From Dehalococcoidia bacterium (GTDB lineage: Bacteria; Chloroflexota; Dehalococcoidia; Lucifugimonadales; UBA3495): a stretch of DNA of 64,000 nt. Shown piece by piece: positions 60,944 to 64,000 of this stretch. The notes under the pieces are model-generated. The model was given only the letters and a program-made list of their open reading frames with translations, had not been told where the DNA came from and made no database searches. The translations under genes and the position numbers were made by a program. The stretch's first letter is position 1. Each line of letters begins with the position of its first letter. The stretch is taken from the NCBI GenBank assembly GCA_965222895.1, contig CBDCVB010000001.1, positions 105,884 to 169,883 of the forward strand. Reading direction: 5' to 3'.

Positions 60944-61651
60944 TCAGCAGGTTAGCTGGTCCAGCAGCGGGTACAGACCTTCGAGGCTGTCGATGCGGTG
61001 GCAGTCGGTAACGTCGGGGTGGTAGCCGCCGCGGTCGATTAGAACCGGGTGCAGGCCGGCGTCGCGGGCGCCCTGAACGTCGGAACGGGGTTGGTCGCCG
61101 ACGTGGATGGCCTGGTCGGGAGACACGGCCATCCGTTTGAGGGCAGCCTCGAAAATGGCGGTGGCCGGTTTTTCGCCGACTTCGCGTCCCGTGATGGTGA
61201 ATTCCAGGAACTGGTGGATGTCGAGCTGCTGGGTCAATTCGTCCATATCGCGGCGCAGGTTGGTGAGGATGGCGAGACGATAGCCACGGTTTTGGAGCTC
61301 GGCGAGCACGGGGCGGGTTTCTTCGAACTTGACGAATTCTTTGGGCACGGAGATTGCCATGTCCCAAATCTGTTTGGCCATGCGGAGGGACACAGCGACG
61401 CCCGATTCTTCGAGAATAATCTGCTCGTAGCGGGCGAAAAAGGCGTCGCGGTCTGCCGGGGTGCGGTCGCCCAATGGTTTGAGGTGGTTTTGCTCGTTGA
61501 AATAGAGGTCGGCGATGGCGTAGCCGCGGGCCAGCCGGTCGGCAGGTACACGGATGCCCAAGTTTTGGCAGGCGGCGTGCTGGATCTGGGGCAGAGGCGG
61601 CCAGAAACTGACCAGCGTATTGTAAAAATCGAAGAAAATTGCCTTAATCAT
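60944..61651 (-). CDS. HAD-superfamily hydrolase (subfamily IA)
   Basis: AIFFDFYNTL, LTN, EKP, HVGD..SDVQGA. Confidence 0.88.
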   Translation of the reverse strand: MIKAIFFDFYNTLVSFWPPLPQIQHAACQNLGIRVPADRLARGYAIADLYFNEQNHLKPLGDRTPADRDAFFARYEQIILEESGVAVSLRMAKQIWDMAISVPKEFVKFEETRPVLAELQNRGYRLAILTNLRRDMDELTQQLDIHQFLEFTITGREVGEKPATAIFEAALKRMAVSPDQAIHVGDQPRSDVQGARDAGLHPVLIDRGGYHPDVTDCHRIDSLEGLYPLLDQLTC

Positions 61652-61749
61652 CTGCAAAAGGGCAGGGCTGCGACGAGAGAGTGGGCTGGCGGGGTCGTGC
61701 CTGCTGATGCCCAATAATAGCACACCGTCAAAATTGCGGAGAAGGGACG

Positions 61750-61785
61750 GGTTTTTACAGGGATGGACAGGATGGGCAGGATTTT
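61750..61785 (-). repeat. Family B strand-oriented repeat
   Basis: GGTTTTTACAGGGATGGACAGGATGGGCAGGATTTT abutting the otsB stop. Confidence 0.78.
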
Positions 61786-62570
61786 TAGGGTAGGGCCGCC
61801 AGGTTGGTGAGGGCGGCGGTTACTTCGGCGGGGGAGTTGAGATGCCACTGGGCGCGGGTTGCGGTTTCGGGAGGGCCGACGTGGATGCCGGCGCCACCCA
61901 AAAACTGCGCGGCGTTGAATGCGTCCTCGTCCGTTTCGTCGTCGCCGATATAGACCGGGTAAGCGTCGGACGCCATCTGGAACCGGATTAGCTCCAGGGC
62001 GTTGCCCTTATGCCAATCAACGGCGGGGCGCAACTCCATGGCCATCTTGGCAGCGGTGACGCGGCAGGTGCCGTTGGCGAGCAGGGGGCCTACCGTATCC
62101 AGGAATATCATGGCGATGGAGTCGTGGTACTGCGGTGGCGTGAGACGGTAGTGAGCGGTGAGGGTCAGGACTTTGCTCTCTACGATAGCGCCGGGAATGT
62201 CGGAGAGGTCGGCGATGAGACGCTCGGCGGCGTCGGATATAGCCGGGATTGACGCGGCGGCGGCGGGGTGGACGTATTCGAGGCCGGGGCCGCGAATTTC
62301 CAGGCCGTGGTTGCCACCGTAGACCAAGCCGGGGATGCCGACGCGTCCCGATACATCGTTGAGCGCGCGGCCGCTGAGGATGCTCACGGTGAACTTGGGG
62401 TTGCGGCCCAACTGTTCCAGCAGGTCGGCGTTGCCGGGGCGCAGTACGGCGTCCTCAGGGCGTGCGGTAATTTCAGCCAGTGTGCCGTCGAAATCGAGGA
62501 GCAACAGGATTTCGGGTTGTTTTGCCAACTGGGCCAGCAGGGCCGGCCAAGTATCGGGAGTTGGTGTCAT
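61785..62570 (-). CDS. otsB: Trehalose-6-phosphate phosphatase
   Basis: LDFDGTL, SGR, GNHGLE, KG, GDDETDEDAF. Confidence 0.92.
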   Translation of the reverse strand: MTPTPDTWPALLAQLAKQPEILLLLDFDGTLAEITARPEDAVLRPGNADLLEQLGRNPKFTVSILSGRALNDVSGRVGIPGLVYGGNHGLEIRGPGLEYVHPAAAASIPAISDAAERLIADLSDIPGAIVESKVLTLTAHYRLTPPQYHDSIAMIFLDTVGPLLANGTCRVTAAKMAMELRPAVDWHKGNALELIRFQMASDAYPVYIGDDETDEDAFNAAQFLGGAGIHVGPPETATRAQWHLNSPAEVTAALTNLAALP

Positions 62571-62600
62571 CTATGCGGCGCTGCGTCGTGAGACCGGGGG

Positions 62601-63998
62601 TCAGATGGCCTGGGCCGCGGGCAATCGGGTGTGGTCGGGGGTGCTGGCCTGCATGAGGTTCATCATGATGCGCCCGGCCCAGTTGTAGATGTTGTTGGAC
62701 TGCACGATGTTGCGCATATGGCGCATACGCAAGCGAGACTCTTCGTCGCTCATGGTTAGTGCCTGATGGATGGCGTCGGCGAACTGCTCGGTGGCGTAGG
62801 GGTTGATTATGATGGAGCTGCTCAGTTCCTGGGAGGCGCCGGCGAAGGCGCTGAGGATGAGGACACCGTCCTCGTTGACACGGGAAGCCACGTACTCCTT
62901 GGCGACCAGGTTCATGCCGTCATGGAGGCTGCTTTCGGCGCAGAAGCTGGCGAGGCGGCGCAGGGCCGAAAAGGTGGCCGACGGGAAGGAAGTGGGCCAG
63001 TAGGCGATGGGCTGCCAGTCGCCGTCGCCAAAGCGGTCGTTGATGCGGTTCACGGTGGCTTCGATGTCGATGGTGAGCTGCATATAGGAATTAATGTTGG
63101 TGCGGCTGGTGGCGCCGGCCTGAAGGAAGACCAGCCGGCCCTGGTATTCGGGCCACTTTTCGAGGAACCGTTCGACGGCACGCAGACGGTGGGGGATGCC
63201 CTTGGTGTAATCCTGGCGGTCGATGCCCAGGCCCAGGATGCGCCCGCGGTCGAGGCCGAATTCCTGGGTGAGGCGGGCCATTTCCGATTCGACCTCCGGA
63301 GAACGGGCTTCGGCGTCCAATCCGTCAAAGTCAATGCTGATGGGGAAGGGCCGGACCAGGGTCATATCGTGTTGGTAATCAACGAGGCCGAATTGGGGAT
63401 CGACCTGTGCGTCGAGGTTGCGCTGTACGCCATCCAGGAAGTTTTGACAGTCTCGTGGGAGATGAAAGCCGAGCAGGTCGTTGCCGAGCATTCCGTCGAG
63501 GATTTCCTCCTGCCAGGGGCAGATGCGGAGGATGTCGGGGTTGGGCCAGGGGATGTGCCAGAACTGACCGATGATGACGTTTTCGCAGACCTGACGGATG
63601 TAGCGGGGCAGCAGGGCGAGGTGGTAGTCCTGCACCAGGACGATGGCCGGCTGGTCGCCGATTTCGTCGACGACGAGGTTGGCGAACTTGCGGTTGACGG
63701 CCTTGTAGGTTTCGTAGTGCCGGGCGTCGAACACGGGCTCGGTGTAGGCGATGTGGCACAGCGGCCAGAGACCCTCGTTGGAGAAGCCGTAGTAGTAACC
63801 GTTGTTTTCGGCTTCAGTGAGGTTGAGGAGGCGCAGGTTGTAGGCCGGCGCCCTGAGGGGGACGGCGACCCGGCCGTCGGCGTCCATGGCCGTCAGGTCG
63901 GACTCGCCGCCGCTCTGGGCGATCCAGGTGCCGCCGCAGGCGCGCATCAGGGGGTCTATGGCGGCAGTGAGTCCGCCGGGCGGCATTTCGCCGACCAG
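62601..63998 (-). CDS. otsA: Trehalose-6-phosphate synthase, 5' end outside window
   Basis: GGL, YYGFSN..LWPL, QDYHL, HIPWP, DYTKG, DGMNLVAKEY. Confidence 0.92.
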   Translation of the reverse strand: MVGEMPPGGLTAAIDPLMRACGGTWIAQSGGESDLTAMDADGRVAVPLRAPAYNLRLLNLTEAENNGYYYGFSNEGLWPLCHIAYTEPVFDARHYETYKAVNRKFANLVVDEIGDQPAIVLVQDYHLALLPRYIRQVCENVIIGQFWHIPWPNPDILRICPWQEEILDGMLGNDLLGFHLPRDCQNFLDGVQRNLDAQVDPQFGLVDYQHDMTLVRPFPISIDFDGLDAEARSPEVESEMARLTQEFGLDRGRILGLGIDRQDYTKGIPHRLRAVERFLEKWPEYQGRLVFLQAGATSRTNINSYMQLTIDIEATVNRINDRFGDGDWQPIAYWPTSFPSATFSALRRLASFCAESSLHDGMNLVAKEYVASRVNEDGVLILSAFAGASQELSSSIIINPYATEQFADAIHQALTMSDEESRLRMRHMRNIVQSNNIYNWAGRIMMNLMQASTPDHTRLPAAQAI

Positions 63999-64000
63999 TT

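Overview
GC-rich bacterial chromosome segment, probably Chloroflexota (Dehalococcoidia/SAR202-like; inferred from gene and repeat content only). The core genes are fabG, a PyrR-attenuated pyrR-pyrB-pyrC-carA-carB operon, part of an anaerobic cobalamin cluster (cbiH,G,F,L,T,D,X,C), leuS, ktrBA, pheA, mutL, mutS, fpr, a nuoE-nuoF-nuoG/fdhA-like module and otsBA. Accessory elements sit among them. (1) A DUF3800 gene is driven by a near-consensus sigma70 promoter through a compact three-way-junction RNA, and the cassette is bounded by a 9-bp direct repeat. (2) A tandemly duplicated MNT-HEPN pair has lost both the MNT catalytic motif and the HEPN target tyrosine. (3) There is a DUF1998 helicase. 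(4) A methyltransferase/HNH nuclease pair is inserted between nuoF and nuoG. (5) Two selenoprotein genes truncated by the ORF track (ArsC-like UxxC, DsbA-like UPWC) are present. (6) MITE-like palindromes with target-site duplications and a strand-specific non-palindromic repeat recur in intergenic DNA. No rRNA, canonical tRNA, CRISPR array or transposase gene was seen.
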